Positions 1 through 9,492 of a DNA stretch of 64,000 nucleotides are shown one piece after another (the first letter of the stretch is position 1; the number at the start of each line of letters is the position of its first letter). The notes under the pieces were generated by a model, which made no database searches, had not been told where the DNA came from, and saw nothing but the letters and a program-made list of their open reading frames with translations. Position numbers and translations under genes: made by a program. This DNA is from an uncultured Bacilli bacterium. GTDB lineage: Bacteria; Bacillota_I; Bacilli_A; RF39; UBA660. The stretch spans positions 69,277-133,276 of the forward strand of contig CAKPDP010000004.1 of NCBI GenBank assembly GCA_934149105.1, written 5' to 3'.

Positions 1-49
1 GCATGATATAATAACCAACAAAACCAAATAATTATAGGAAGTGATTGCC

Positions 50-1768
50 ATGATTGAAGCATACAGTTTAAAAAAACTATTAGAAGAATATCAAATATCT
101 GCAACTAAAGTAATAAAAAATAATGATAATATTCTAACCTATGGAAGTTATAGTGACATAAGGTCAACTTTAGAATACTTAAGAAATGAACTTCATATTC
201 TTCCTAAAAATATTGAAAAATGTCCGAGTATTATATTTTTTAATGTATCAGTATTAAAATATAATTATGAATTTCTAAAAAATAGAGAAATTAAAACATC
301 TAGTATTGAGACTTGTCTCCATATATTGTCAACTGATCCTAAATCATTAGTGGCTACTTATGATTACGTGAGAGAAAATTATGGAATTACCTCTATTAAT
401 AAAATCACCTCGATTCTCTCTGTTTCCGTTGATAGAATAAAGGCAATCGAAAAATTAAACTTATGTAAAAAAAATACCTTATCTGCTGCAATAAGTCGTT
501 GTACAATAAAAGAGATTTCTGAAATTATAAAAGTATGTAAGAAAAATAATATTAAAATATCTAGAAGTATCTTCAATAGAACAGCAAAAGAAGTAGAAAA
601 AACAATAGAAGTATGTAAAAAAAATAATATTGAAATAACTGGAAGCATTTTCTATAAGGCATCTTCTGAAATAGAACAAATAATAGAGGTATGTAAAAAA
701 AATAATATTAAAATATCTAGAAGTATTTTTCTTAAAAAAGCTTCTGAAATAGAACAAATAATAGAAGTATGTAGAAAAAATAACATTGAAATAACTGGAA
801 GCATATTCCACAAAACAGCTTCGGAAATAGAACAAATAATAGAAGTGTGTAAGGACAATAATATTGAAATAACCGGAAGTATCTTTTTAAAATCAGCTTC
901 AGAAATAGAACAAATAATAGAGATATGCAGAAAAAATAACATTGAAATAATAGGAAGTATCTTCTATAAAACAGCTAAAGAAATAGAAGAAATAATAAAA
1001 GTATGTAAGAAAAATAATGTTGAAATAACCGGAAATATTTTTTTAAAGCCATCTAAAGAAATAGAAGAAATAATAAATGTGTGTAAAAAAAACAATATTA
1101 AAATAACTGGAAATATCTTTAGAAGAACAGCTTCGGAAATAGAAGAAATAATAAAAGTATGTAATAATAATATTGAAATAACCGGAAGTATATTCTATAA
1201 AACAGCTTCGGAAATAGAAGAAATAATAGAAGTATGTAAAAAAAATAATATTGAAATAACTGGAAGTATCTTTCATAAAACAGCTTCGGAAGCAGAAGAA
1301 ATAATAGAAGTATGTAAGGAAAACAATATTGAAATAACTGGAAGTATCTTTCATAAAACAGCTAAAGAAATAGAAGAAATAATAAAAGTATGTAAGAAAA
1401 ATAATATTGAAATAACCGGAAGTATCTTTACAAAATCACCTAAGAAACTACAAGAAAGTATAGATTTTATAAAATCAAACTATGGTGAGTCTTATTTAAC
1501 ATCTTTAATTGTTATTAGAGATGTTAATTACTTAAAACAAGTTTTTCCTTACTTAGAAAGCCTACAAGTCTTGCCTTATGTTATAAATAGTTCATCTATA
1601 TTAAGTTTAAAACTAGATGAAATTAAAGACAGAAAAGAATTCATAGAAAGTACAGGGCAAAACATAATAGATAAAAGAGGAAGATTTAATAGTGTTTTTG
1701 GATTATCTAGAAAAAACTATCTTCAAAAACTTAATCCTCAAGCCAAATCAACAAAAAAATCAAAATAG
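50..1768 (+). CDS. Tandem-repeat protein with about 12 near-identical 33-aa repeats (consensus ...VCKKNNIEITGSIFHKTASEIEEIIE...). The N-terminal region and the repeat pattern resemble mTERF-type helical repeats, though this is a tentative call.
   Basis: The ORF track gives 41..1768. The likely start is the ATG near position 50, preceded by an AGGAAG RBS. The translation shows a 33-aa periodicity. The N-terminal segment 'ILPKNIEKCPSIIFFNVSVLKYNYEFLK' fits the mTERF motif 'P.il..s...l.p...fL'. Confidence 0.6.
   Translation: MIEAYSLKKLLEEYQISATKVIKNNDNILTYGSYSDIRSTLEYLRNELHILPKNIEKCPSIIFFNVSVLKYNYEFLKNREIKTSSIETCLHILSTDPKSLVATYDYVRENYGITSINKITSILSVSVDRIKAIEKLNLCKKNTLSAAISRCTIKEISEIIKVCKKNNIKISRSIFNRTAKEVEKTIEVCKKNNIEITGSIFYKASSEIEQIIEVCKKNNIKISRSIFLKKASEIEQIIEVCRKNNIEITGSIFHKTASEIEQIIEVCKDNNIEITGSIFLKSASEIEQIIEICRKNNIEIIGSIFYKTAKEIEEIIKVCKKNNVEITGNIFLKPSKEIEEIINVCKKNNIKITGNIFRRTASEIEEIIKVCNNNIEITGSIFYKTASEIEEIIEVCKKNNIEITGSIFHKTASEAEEIIEVCKENNIEITGSIFHKTAKEIEEIIKVCKKNNIEITGSIFTKSPKKLQESIDFIKSNYGESYLTSLIVIRDVNYLKQVFPYLESLQVLPYVINSSSILSLKLDEIKDRKEFIESTGQNIIDKRGRFNSVFGLSRKNYLQKLNPQAKSTKKSK
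464..1455 (+). repeat. Array of about 12 tandem 99-bp repeats inside the coding region. Several units are near-identical at the nucleotide level.
   Basis: The motif 'gaaataaccggaagtatcttt...gaaatagaagaaataata...gtatgtaaaaaaaataat' recurs every 99 nt. The minus-strand ORFs at 379..1354 are low-complexity mirror artefacts of this array. Confidence 0.8.
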
Positions 1769-1797
1769 ATTATAAATAAGTATAAGGATGTGGTATA

Positions 1798-2070
1798 ATG
1801 AATATAAATTTTTTAAAAATACAGGAAATATATGGAATAGAAATTGTAGAAGAAATAAAAAACAATCTAAAAGACGTTTCCTACAATATAAATTATCTTA
1901 ATGATTTAGGCTTCTCTGATCCAATTGATATTTTTGAAAGATATGCTCCTATATTTATTGATGATCGAACTCATTTTCAAACTAAAGTAAACAGATTAAT
2001 AAATAAATTAGGTAGCGATTATGTTGATATAATAGAAACTGATTTAGAAAAGTTAGATGAATTAATGTAA
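1798..2070 (+). CDS. Small (90 aa) hypothetical protein carrying an mTERF-like 'LGFS' motif.
   Basis: The segment 'NYLNDLGFSDPIDIFERYAPIF' resembles the mTERF consensus L..LGFS...I..I..R.P.il. The gene sits immediately downstream of the repeat protein. Confidence 0.45.
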   Translation: MNINFLKIQEIYGIEIVEEIKNNLKDVSYNINYLNDLGFSDPIDIFERYAPIFIDDRTHFQTKVNRLINKLGSDYVDIIETDLEKLDELM

Positions 2071-2097
2071 TTATAATAGAAAGGATTTTAAAGTAGT

Positions 2098-2769
2098 ATG
2101 ATAAAAATGGTAAATAATAAATGGGATTTAATACTAGATGAAGAGTATCATCAAGACTATTTCAAAAAAATAGTAGCTTTTATTAATAAAATTTATAAAG
2201 AAAAAGATATTTTCCCACCTAAGCCTAATATTTTAAGGGCCCTATCTTTAACAGATTATGATGACGTAAAAGTAGTCATCTTAGGACAAGATCCCTACCA
2301 TGGAGTAGGGGAAGCTAATGGCCTTTCTTTTTCTGTTAATAAAGGTGTTAGAATTCCTCCTTCCCTTAGAAATATCTATAAAGAATTATACGATGATTTA
2401 GGAATAACCCCACCTAATCATGGCGATTTAACTAGTTGGGCTAAAGAAGGCGTATTACTTTTAAATTCTGTCTTAACAGTTGAAAAAGATAAGGCCGCTT
2501 CCCATAAAAACATCGGTTGGGAAACTTATACAGATGCTATTATCAAAAAACTAAATGAACGTAAGACCCCCGTAGTTTTTATCCTTTGGGGAAATTTTGC
2601 CCGTAGCAAAAAAGTCTATATTACTAATCCTTGGCATCTTGTAATAGAGTCTGCTCATCCTTCGCCATTTTCCGCTAACTACGGTTTCTTTGGTAGTAGA
2701 CCTTTCTCTAGAACTAATAAATTCTTAAAAGAACATAATATTAAAGAAATAGACTGGACCATTAATTAG
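2098..2769 (+). CDS. ung: Uracil-DNA glycosylase.
   Basis: The translation carries the UDG family-1 active-site motifs 'VVILGQDPYHG' and 'GLSFSV', with a conserved C-terminal 'HPSP'. Confidence 0.95.
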   Translation: MIKMVNNKWDLILDEEYHQDYFKKIVAFINKIYKEKDIFPPKPNILRALSLTDYDDVKVVILGQDPYHGVGEANGLSFSVNKGVRIPPSLRNIYKELYDDLGITPPNHGDLTSWAKEGVLLLNSVLTVEKDKAASHKNIGWETYTDAIIKKLNERKTPVVFILWGNFARSKKVYITNPWHLVIESAHPSPFSANYGFFGSRPFSRTNKFLKEHNIKEIDWTIN

Positions 2770-2816
2770 TTTACAATATATTAACAAAATCCCCTTTCAA
2801 TCACCAATTTGACCGT

Positions 2817-2849
2817 AAAAGGACCAATAATTTTGTCCTTTTCTTTTTA
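2817..2849 (+). terminator. Rho-independent terminator downstream of ung.
   Basis: Hairpin AAAAGGAC-loop-GTCCTTTT followed by a T-rich tract. Confidence 0.6.
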
Positions 2850-2896
2850 TGTTACTATTAAATTAATAGTTTTTTAATTATTAATCGAGGTAGTAA

Positions 2897-3463
2897 ATGG
2901 ATAATAAAAAAGTAGGAAATTTTATCAAACAAAAAAGAAAAGAGAAAAATCTAACGCAACAAGAGTTAGGTGAATTAATAGGAATAAGTCCTAAATCAGT
3001 AAGCAAGTGGGAATGTGGAACCTCATTTCCTGATCTAGTAATCTTAAAGCCATTAAGCCATATTCTAAATGTATCTATAGATGAGTTACTAAATGGTCAA
3101 GAAAATCCCTCTAAACATTCTAAATCCTCATCTCCCAAAATAATTTTAATTATTATAACAATTATAATATTTATAAGTATATTTACTCTTTTAATAGTTT
3201 TTCATTTTAATCATAAAGAAAGTAGTTTAACTAAAACTTACAAAATAAATACTATCATCGAAAAAGAAGATCCTGATTTTCTTTATGTAACCTTAGAAGA
3301 ATTACCAACAGATAAATTATATACTGTTAAACTTCCTAGAATTATATGTAACGCCTTAGAAGAAAATAAAAGTTATAAATTTAAATTTCTTTCTAAAGGA
3401 AACATTCAAGGAATAAACATATTTATAAATTCTAAAATTATTAGTATTAAAGAAATAGAGTAG
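2897..3463 (+). CDS. Membrane-anchored XRE-family (HTH_3) transcriptional regulator.
   Basis: The N-terminus 'LTQQELGELIGISPKSVSKWECG' is a classic XRE helix-turn-helix. It is followed by one transmembrane helix (IILIIITIIIFISIFTLLIVF) and an extracytoplasmic domain of about 75 aa. Confidence 0.8.
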   Translation: MDNKKVGNFIKQKRKEKNLTQQELGELIGISPKSVSKWECGTSFPDLVILKPLSHILNVSIDELLNGQENPSKHSKSSSPKIILIIITIIIFISIFTLLIVFHFNHKESSLTKTYKINTIIEKEDPDFLYVTLEELPTDKLYTVKLPRIICNALEENKSYKFKFLSKGNIQGINIFINSKIISIKEIE

Positions 3464-3605
3464 TGAGTATTATATGACAATATCTCTTAACAGTAGACAA
3501 AATTCTACCATCAGTGGGTGGTCTAAAATAAATTCAAGTGCTACTATTTAATCGTAATTTTTAATTACAATTATTCTAATTTATTTAGAAAGAAAGGAGT
3601 ATCAC

Positions 3606-4013
3606 ATGAATAGGAAAAATATTATCAAAAGGGTAGGTATCAGTATTACGATATTTATGATAGGCGTAGTAACGGTAAGTGCTACTACAAAATCATTACC
3701 ATTTAATTTTACCGGATTAAGTAAAAGTTTTGAGTCTCCAAGTGATACCTACGACAACGTTAGTTCTATTTCAGTGAATGTTAATACTCAAGAATTATCC
3801 TCATCATCTGCTAGAGTTAAAGTAGTATTAAAAAAAGGAACTGGAAATAGCTATACTAATATAGGAACATCTACTTTTTATTCATCTGGATCTGGAAATA
3901 CTGATATTATTAATTTTACACTTAGTTCTAAAGTAAATGGTTACTTCAAATATTTTCTTTATAAAGTTGATAATGGTATTAAAGGAACATCTTACATGTA
4001 CAAAGCATCTTAG
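3606..4013 (+). CDS. Small secreted Ser/Thr/Asn-rich protein with an N-terminal signal peptide or anchor.
   Basis: Hydrophobic N-terminus 'ISITIFMIGVVTVSA'. A strong RBS (AAAGGAG) lies upstream. A hairpin (AAAGGCTAtttaaTAGCCTTT) sits just downstream at about 4030-4055. Confidence 0.55.
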   Translation: MNRKNIIKRVGISITIFMIGVVTVSATTKSLPFNFTGLSKSFESPSDTYDNVSSISVNVNTQELSSSSARVKVVLKKGTGNSYTNIGTSTFYSSGSGNTDIINFTLSSKVNGYFKYFLYKVDNGIKGTSYMYKAS

Positions 4014-4082
4014 TATTGTGATATAGTATAAAGGCTATTTAATAGCCTTTATACTTATAATTAAAATCAAAGGAGGTTATTT

Positions 4083-5228
4083 ATGATTAGGATAAAAGGT
4101 TTCTTAAGAAGAATTCAAACTAAAATATATCTAGCCTTAATAACTATTTTAGTAACAGGACTAATAATCTTAAATAGTTATACTAATTATCTTCATAAAA
4201 CCATTAATGCTAGTAATGATAAAACTTTAGCAATATATGTAATTTCCGATAATAAAGAATTGGCAAAAGATTTATCTAAACTTGATAAAGTAAAAAAAGT
4301 TCAACAAGGTATAATAGTAACTTCCGAAAAAAACATTCTTGAGTTGTATAAATTTAGTACCAACCTTTTCGATAATCATACCAATGAAGCCTTTTTATTT
4401 CCAAACGATAAGTATGACATAAAAGATAATGCCGCTTTATTTCCAATGGAAAGCATTTTTGGAGATGAGCAACTATCAACTGATTATCAAAAAAATATAA
4501 ATAAAACTTTTGATTTTTCGAGTCTAAATTATAATACTAATTTAAAAGTACAGGGATATTATAAGACAGTCTTGCCAGAAATATTAATAAATAAAAATAC
4601 TTTTAAAACTATTCTGAAAAATAGTTCTGAGTATATTTATAGGCTAACATTAAAAGATTACTCTTATTACAATAAAGGTAGTTATGGATTAAATTTAGTT
4701 TCTAATATTGAAGATTTAGAAGTCTTAAAAGATATAAAAAAAATCTGCTCAGATTGTGAAACATCTGTAGGAGGAATAGGAATGGGGTCTATTCTTTTAG
4801 ATAACCATATGACTAATTTTTTGCTATCTCTAGATGTTGCCACCGACATGGAAAATCTAGTCTTTGTCCTAACTTACTTTATAAATATAATTAACAAAAT
4901 ATTTTTCTTTATCCTTTTAATCATAATTGTAAATGTCATTATTGATGAAAATAAATATATAGTCATAAAAAGAAAACTAGGTTATAATATAACTATGATA
5001 AAGAAAGATCTGATCGAGAAAATAATTTTTCTCTTAATTACCAGCATACTAATAAGTATCTTCCTATCCTTAATCTTAAAACTAATTCTAAATCACTATT
5101 TTCATCTTCAGATGATTATCTTTAGTTATCTAGAATTACTGTCTATTTTAAAGTATTGTCTAATAATAAGTATCCTTTCCTTTATTTTTATTCAAATTAA
5201 ATATCGCTATAAAAAGATAAATATTTAG
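4083..5228 (+). CDS. FtsX-like (MacB-type) ABC transporter permease, paralogue A.
   Basis: Architecture is one N-terminal TM helix, an ectodomain of about 200 aa, then 3 C-terminal TM helices. The FtsX-family motif 'IKRKLGYNITMIKKDLIEKIIF' is present. Confidence 0.7.
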   Translation: MIRIKGFLRRIQTKIYLALITILVTGLIILNSYTNYLHKTINASNDKTLAIYVISDNKELAKDLSKLDKVKKVQQGIIVTSEKNILELYKFSTNLFDNHTNEAFLFPNDKYDIKDNAALFPMESIFGDEQLSTDYQKNINKTFDFSSLNYNTNLKVQGYYKTVLPEILINKNTFKTILKNSSEYIYRLTLKDYSYYNKGSYGLNLVSNIEDLEVLKDIKKICSDCETSVGGIGMGSILLDNHMTNFLLSLDVATDMENLVFVLTYFINIINKIFFFILLIIIVNVIIDENKYIVIKRKLGYNITMIKKDLIEKIIFLLITSILISIFLSLILKLILNHYFHLQMIIFSYLELLSILKYCLIISILSFIFIQIKYRYKKINI

Positions 5229-5237
5229 GAGTAAATT

Positions 5238-6356
5238 ATGATTAAATTAAAAAATTTCTTAAGAAGAATTCAAACTAAAATATATCTAGCCTTAATAACT
5301 ATTTTAGTAACAGGACTAATAATTCTAAATAGTTATACTAATTATCTTCATAAAACTATTAATGCTAGTAATGATAAAAATATGGCAGTGTATGTAATTT
5401 CTAGTAATAAAGATTTAACAAAAGACTTCTCAAGCCTTGATAAAGTAAAAAAGGTTGAGTTAGGTTTAACTTTAAAATCTACTACCAATTTATATGATTT
5501 ACATCATTACTTCCTTCAACCTTTTGATAATCATAGTGGTGAAATATTTATTTTTCCTAGTGATAATTATAGTGTTGAAGATAATGCTCTTATTTTGCCT
5601 AGAGATATGGATAACGAAGAATATTGGGCTCAAAATTATGAACAAAATATAAATAAAACCTTTGAATTCTATAACTCAAGCTTTAAAACTAATTTAAAAA
5701 TTCAAGACTATCATAATACCAATTTACAAGAAAGCCTAGTAAATAAAAAAACCTTTTTCAAGCTCTTACAAAATAGTACGGAATATATATAGAGACTAAC
5801 TTTAAAAGATTATATGTATTACTACATAGGAAACTATGGCCTAAATTTAGTAGATGATAGTGATCACGATGAGTTGGAAATTTATAAAGATATAAGAAAA
5901 ATTTGTTCTAATTGTGAAATGACTACCTTTGGAGTAGGAGAAGGATCTATTCTTTTAGATAACCATATGACTGATTTTTTGTTATCCCTAGACGTTGCCA
6001 CTGACATGGGAAATCTAGTCTTCGTCCTAACTTACTTTATAAATATAATTAACAAAATATTTTTCTTTATCCTTTTAATCATAATCGTAAATGTCATTAT
6101 TGATGAAAATAAATATATAGTCATAAAAAGGAAACTAGGTTATAATATAAGTATGATAAAGAAAGATTTGATCGAGAAAATAATTTTTCTCTTAATAATC
6201 TGCTTAATAACAAGTATTTTCTTATCCTTAATCTTAAAACTAATTCTAAATAACTATTTTCATCTTCAGATGGCTCTCTTTAGTTACCTAGAATTACTAT
6301 CTATTTTAATATTATCTAATAATAAGTATTCTTTCCTTTACTTTTATTCAGATTAA
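5238..6356 (+). pseudogene. FtsX-like permease paralogue B, disrupted.
   Basis: The two ORF-track pieces (5238..5792 and 5814..6356) share one frame and are separated only by an in-frame TAG at 5790..5792. Paralogue A has TAT (Tyr) at that position. The C-terminus also diverges in frame from paralogues A and C, consistent with an indel of about 2 nt near 6300. Confidence 0.7.
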
Positions 6357-6393
6357 ATATCATCATAAAAAGATAAATATTTAGGAGTAAATT

Positions 6394-7539
6394 ATGATTA
6401 AATTAAAAAGTTTCTTAAGAAGAATTCAAACCAAAATATATCTAATCCTAGTAACAATTTTACTAACAGCCCTTACCATTCTTACTAGTTACATTAACTA
6501 TCTTCATAAACTAACTAATGATAGTTATGATAATACTAAAGCTATTTATGTAATTACTAATAAAGATTTAACTAAAGATCTATCTAAACTTAAAAGAGTA
6601 AAAAAAGTAACCCCAGGAATTACCTTAAATTCTACTCTAACTCCCTCTAAATTATATTTTTCTAATACCTCTTATAACCAATTAATAGGTTTAAATAAAA
6701 TCTATCTTTTTCCTACCACTACCTATAAAATAGAAACTGGTAGTATCCTTTTACCTCGTTCTCCAGGTTTTGAAGATATTTATTGGGATACCAATTATAC
6801 TCCTAATATCCATAAATCCTTTGAATTTTCTAATTCTTCTTCCAATTTCACTCTTAAAGTTCAAGATTATTATCCCAGTTACCTAGAAGAAGTTTTAGTA
6901 AATTCTAAAACCTTTAATAAGCTATATCAAAGTAGTAAAGAATATGTCTACAAACTAACTCTAAAAGATTATATATATTATAGCTTAAATGATGATCCTA
7001 GTACTTCTAGTGATTCCACCAAATCTTTAGAAATTGAAAAAGATATTAAAAATATTTGTTCTGATTGTAAAATAGTTACTAATCAAATTGATACCACTTC
7101 CTTATTACTAGATAATAATATGTATAATTTTTTAGAACTCCTAAATGCTTCTACCAATCTTCCCGAACTAATACTTATTCTGACAAACTTAGCTAACGTC
7201 ATCAATATCATCTTTTTGCTCCTTCTTCTGATAGTAACAATAAATATCATTATTGATGAAAACAAATATCTAATTCTAAAAAGAAAACTAGGTTACAATC
7301 TAAAGATGCTAAAGAAAGATCTGATTGTGAAAATAATTTTTCTCTTAATTACCAGCACACTAATAAGTATCTTCCTATCCTTGATCTTAAAACTAATTCT
7401 AAATCACTATTTTCATCTTCAGATGGTTATCTTTAGTTTTAAAGAACTCCTAGTTATCTGCAAATACATCTTTATAATCCTTGTCCTTAGTGGCATTTTC
7501 ATTCAAATTAAATATTTAAAAATAAAGAATAGAGGTTAA
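6394..7539 (+). CDS. FtsX-like ABC transporter permease, paralogue C. Its ectodomain diverges from A and B.
   Basis: The N- and C-terminal segments are collinear with paralogue A. Confidence 0.7.
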   Translation: MIKLKSFLRRIQTKIYLILVTILLTALTILTSYINYLHKLTNDSYDNTKAIYVITNKDLTKDLSKLKRVKKVTPGITLNSTLTPSKLYFSNTSYNQLIGLNKIYLFPTTTYKIETGSILLPRSPGFEDIYWDTNYTPNIHKSFEFSNSSSNFTLKVQDYYPSYLEEVLVNSKTFNKLYQSSKEYVYKLTLKDYIYYSLNDDPSTSSDSTKSLEIEKDIKNICSDCKIVTNQIDTTSLLLDNNMYNFLELLNASTNLPELILILTNLANVINIIFLLLLLIVTINIIIDENKYLILKRKLGYNLKMLKKDLIVKIIFLLITSTLISIFLSLILKLILNHYFHLQMVIFSFKELLVICKYIFIILVLSGIFIQIKYLKIKNRG

Positions 7540-7542
7540 AAA

Positions 7543-8226
7543 ATGCATAATAAAGTTATTGAAATAAAAGAATTACGCAAGAGTTTTTCAACACGTTACA
7601 AAAAATTAGAGATTTTAAACGGGGTTAATTATGAATTCCAGACTGGTAAATTCTATGCTATTATGGGCCATAGTGGCAGTGGCAAATCCACCTTAATAAA
7701 TATCTTGGGCCTTATTATGGGGTATGATAGTGGTGAATATTACCTTTTTGATAAAAATACTAAAAATTTAAGTGATAAAGATTTATCTTACCTTCGAATG
7801 AAAAATATTGGCTTCGTCTTTCAAGATTATAATCTAGATATTTATCTCAAAGCCTATGAAAACGTCATGTTACCAATGCTTATCAATAAAGACCTACCTA
7901 CTAGTAAAAGAAAAGAACGAGCCTTTGAATTATTAAAACTAGTTAAGCTAGAAGATCGTACCAAACATTATCCTCGTGAATTATCAGGTGGCGAACAACA
8001 AAGAGTAGGAATAGCTCGAGCCCTAGCTAACGATCCAGAAATCATCTTAGCAGACGAGCCTACAGGAAATCTTGATGTAGAAAATGAAAAACTTATCTTT
8101 CAATTATTAAAATCCTTAGCGGACCTTGGCAAATGTGTCATTGTTGTCTCTCATACCACTGATATAAAACAATATGCTGATGTTATTTTAAATTTACATA
8201 ATGGAGTCTTAACCGATGAAAAATAA
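7543..8226 (+). CDS. ABC transporter ATP-binding protein (MacB/LolD/FtsE-like).
   Basis: Walker A 'GHSGSGKST', signature 'LSGGEQQRV' and Walker B '[11 protein letters not shown]'. Confidence 0.9.
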   Translation: MHNKVIEIKELRKSFSTRYKKLEILNGVNYEFQTGKFYAIMGHSGSGKSTLINILGLIMGYDSGEYYLFDKNTKNLSDKDLSYLRMKNIGFVFQDYNLDIYLKAYENVMLPMLINKDLPTSKRKERAFELLKLVKLEDRTKHYPRELSGGEQQRVGIARALANDPEIILADEPTGNLDVENEKLIFQLLKSLADLGKCVIVVSHTTDIKQYADVILNLHNGVLTDEK

Positions 8227-9463
8227 AGATCTATTTAAACTAGCTAACTCTAAATTTCAAAGAGAGCCCCGAAATATCATTATAATTATTATTTCTACTC
8301 TTTGTATTTGTCTTTCTTTTCTCTCTCTTACCATCTACTTTAGTTATAATAATTTAACTGATAACATGATAAATAAAAATATTAATTTTAGAGCCTTTGA
8401 AACTACTCTTATTACCAATAATTATGAAAAAGAAATAACATCCTTAAAACAAACTAAACATATTATTGAAGTCCTAGATAGCACGGACAATATCTTTACT
8501 ATCAAAACTGATGCTTTTCTAGATCAAAACTATGATGGAACTATTAATCTTCTTCCCATAACTGCTAATCTTACTGTTGAAGTAGGGAAGGGGAGTACTA
8601 TAACTTCTGAAGATACTGGTAAAATGATTTGTCCACAAGACTTTTTCCCCGATAGTTCTATTGATACAACAGGCGTTGATAAAACCAGACTTCTATCTCA
8701 AGAGACAATCTTAAATCAAAATTTAACCTTTTACTATCAAAGTTATAATTACACTCTTCCAACAAAAGCTCCTACCTCTACTGTTAAATATAAAGACTTT
8801 CAAATAGTAGGAGTATATAATAGTGCTAAAGTTATGAATACTAATAATACTTGTTATGTCTCTCTAAAAGAACTTCAAGCTTTAGTTACTAGTTATCGTG
8901 GTAATTATACTGATGTTTATCCTGAATATTCTAAGTCTGTAATCATTTATCTTGATAGTTATAGTAATATGGATAAAGTTAAAAAATCTTTACAAGAATT
9001 AGGCTATACTAATTTAACTAACGTCCAAGAATTAGATACTAGTTATTCCTTAATGCTTAAATTTATTTGTATCTTTTTAACAGTCATATCTATAGCTACT
9101 TCTTTAATAGTAGAGTTATTATATTTAAAGAAAAAAAGTATTGATGATATTCATTCTATGGGACTTTTACGCTCTATAGGTTACAGTAAACAAGATACTA
9201 AAAAAATCTATATCCTTCAAAATTACTATTTATTTATTATTGCTTACTTTATAAGCACCCTTATCTTTTTAATTATTTATAAAATATTTTCTAATTCTTC
9301 TATCTCTTTCTTAGCTTTCTATAACACTACTCTTACTCTAAATCCTCTAATCTTTATCATATCTCTTCTAATCTATATTTTGATACCTGTCTTAATTTCT
9401 CATATCTTTGTTAATATAAATCTTCATAAAGAAATTTCTCTCATGTTAAAAATGGACAATTAA
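8216..9463 (+). CDS. Divergent FtsX-like ABC transporter permease.
   Basis: An N-terminal TM helix, a large ectodomain, and a C-terminal three-TM bundle carrying 'LRSIGYSKQDTKKIYILQNY'. Its start overlaps the ATPase stop by 11 nt. Confidence 0.75.
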   Translation: MKNKDLFKLANSKFQREPRNIIIIIISTLCICLSFLSLTIYFSYNNLTDNMINKNINFRAFETTLITNNYEKEITSLKQTKHIIEVLDSTDNIFTIKTDAFLDQNYDGTINLLPITANLTVEVGKGSTITSEDTGKMICPQDFFPDSSIDTTGVDKTRLLSQETILNQNLTFYYQSYNYTLPTKAPTSTVKYKDFQIVGVYNSAKVMNTNNTCYVSLKELQALVTSYRGNYTDVYPEYSKSVIIYLDSYSNMDKVKKSLQELGYTNLTNVQELDTSYSLMLKFICIFLTVISIATSLIVELLYLKKKSIDDIHSMGLLRSIGYSKQDTKKIYILQNYYLFIIAYFISTLIFLIIYKIFSNSSISFLAFYNTTLTLNPLIFIISLLIYILIPVLISHIFVNINLHKEISLMLKMDN

Positions 9464-9492
9464 AAAATACTACCGCAAGATAGTATTTTTTA
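9464..9492. terminator. Bidirectional hairpin terminator between convergent genes.
   Basis: AAATACTA-ccgcaaga-TAGTATTT flanked by A and T runs. Confidence 0.55.

Noticed and set aside
379-1354. Four minus-strand ORFs (89-118 aa) overlapping the repeat gene.
   Set aside because: They are mirror-image artefacts of the 99-bp tandem repeats (low-complexity F/Y/S-rich translations). The sense-strand gene has an RBS and a coherent repeat protein.
464-1455. Could the 99-bp tandem repeats be a CRISPR array?
   Set aside because: The units are contiguous, without unique spacers, and lie in frame inside one long ORF. There are no cas genes in the window.
3477-3554. A 25-codon ORF (MTISLNSRQNSTISGWSKINSSATI) in the XRE/secreted-protein intergenic region.
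   Set aside because: It has no RBS, no conservation clue, and lies within the likely promoter or leader of 3606..4013.
7083-7265. A 60-aa minus-strand ORF inside permease paralogue C.
   Set aside because: It is fully embedded antisense in a well-supported gene and has no RBS. It is a chance ORF in AT-rich DNA.
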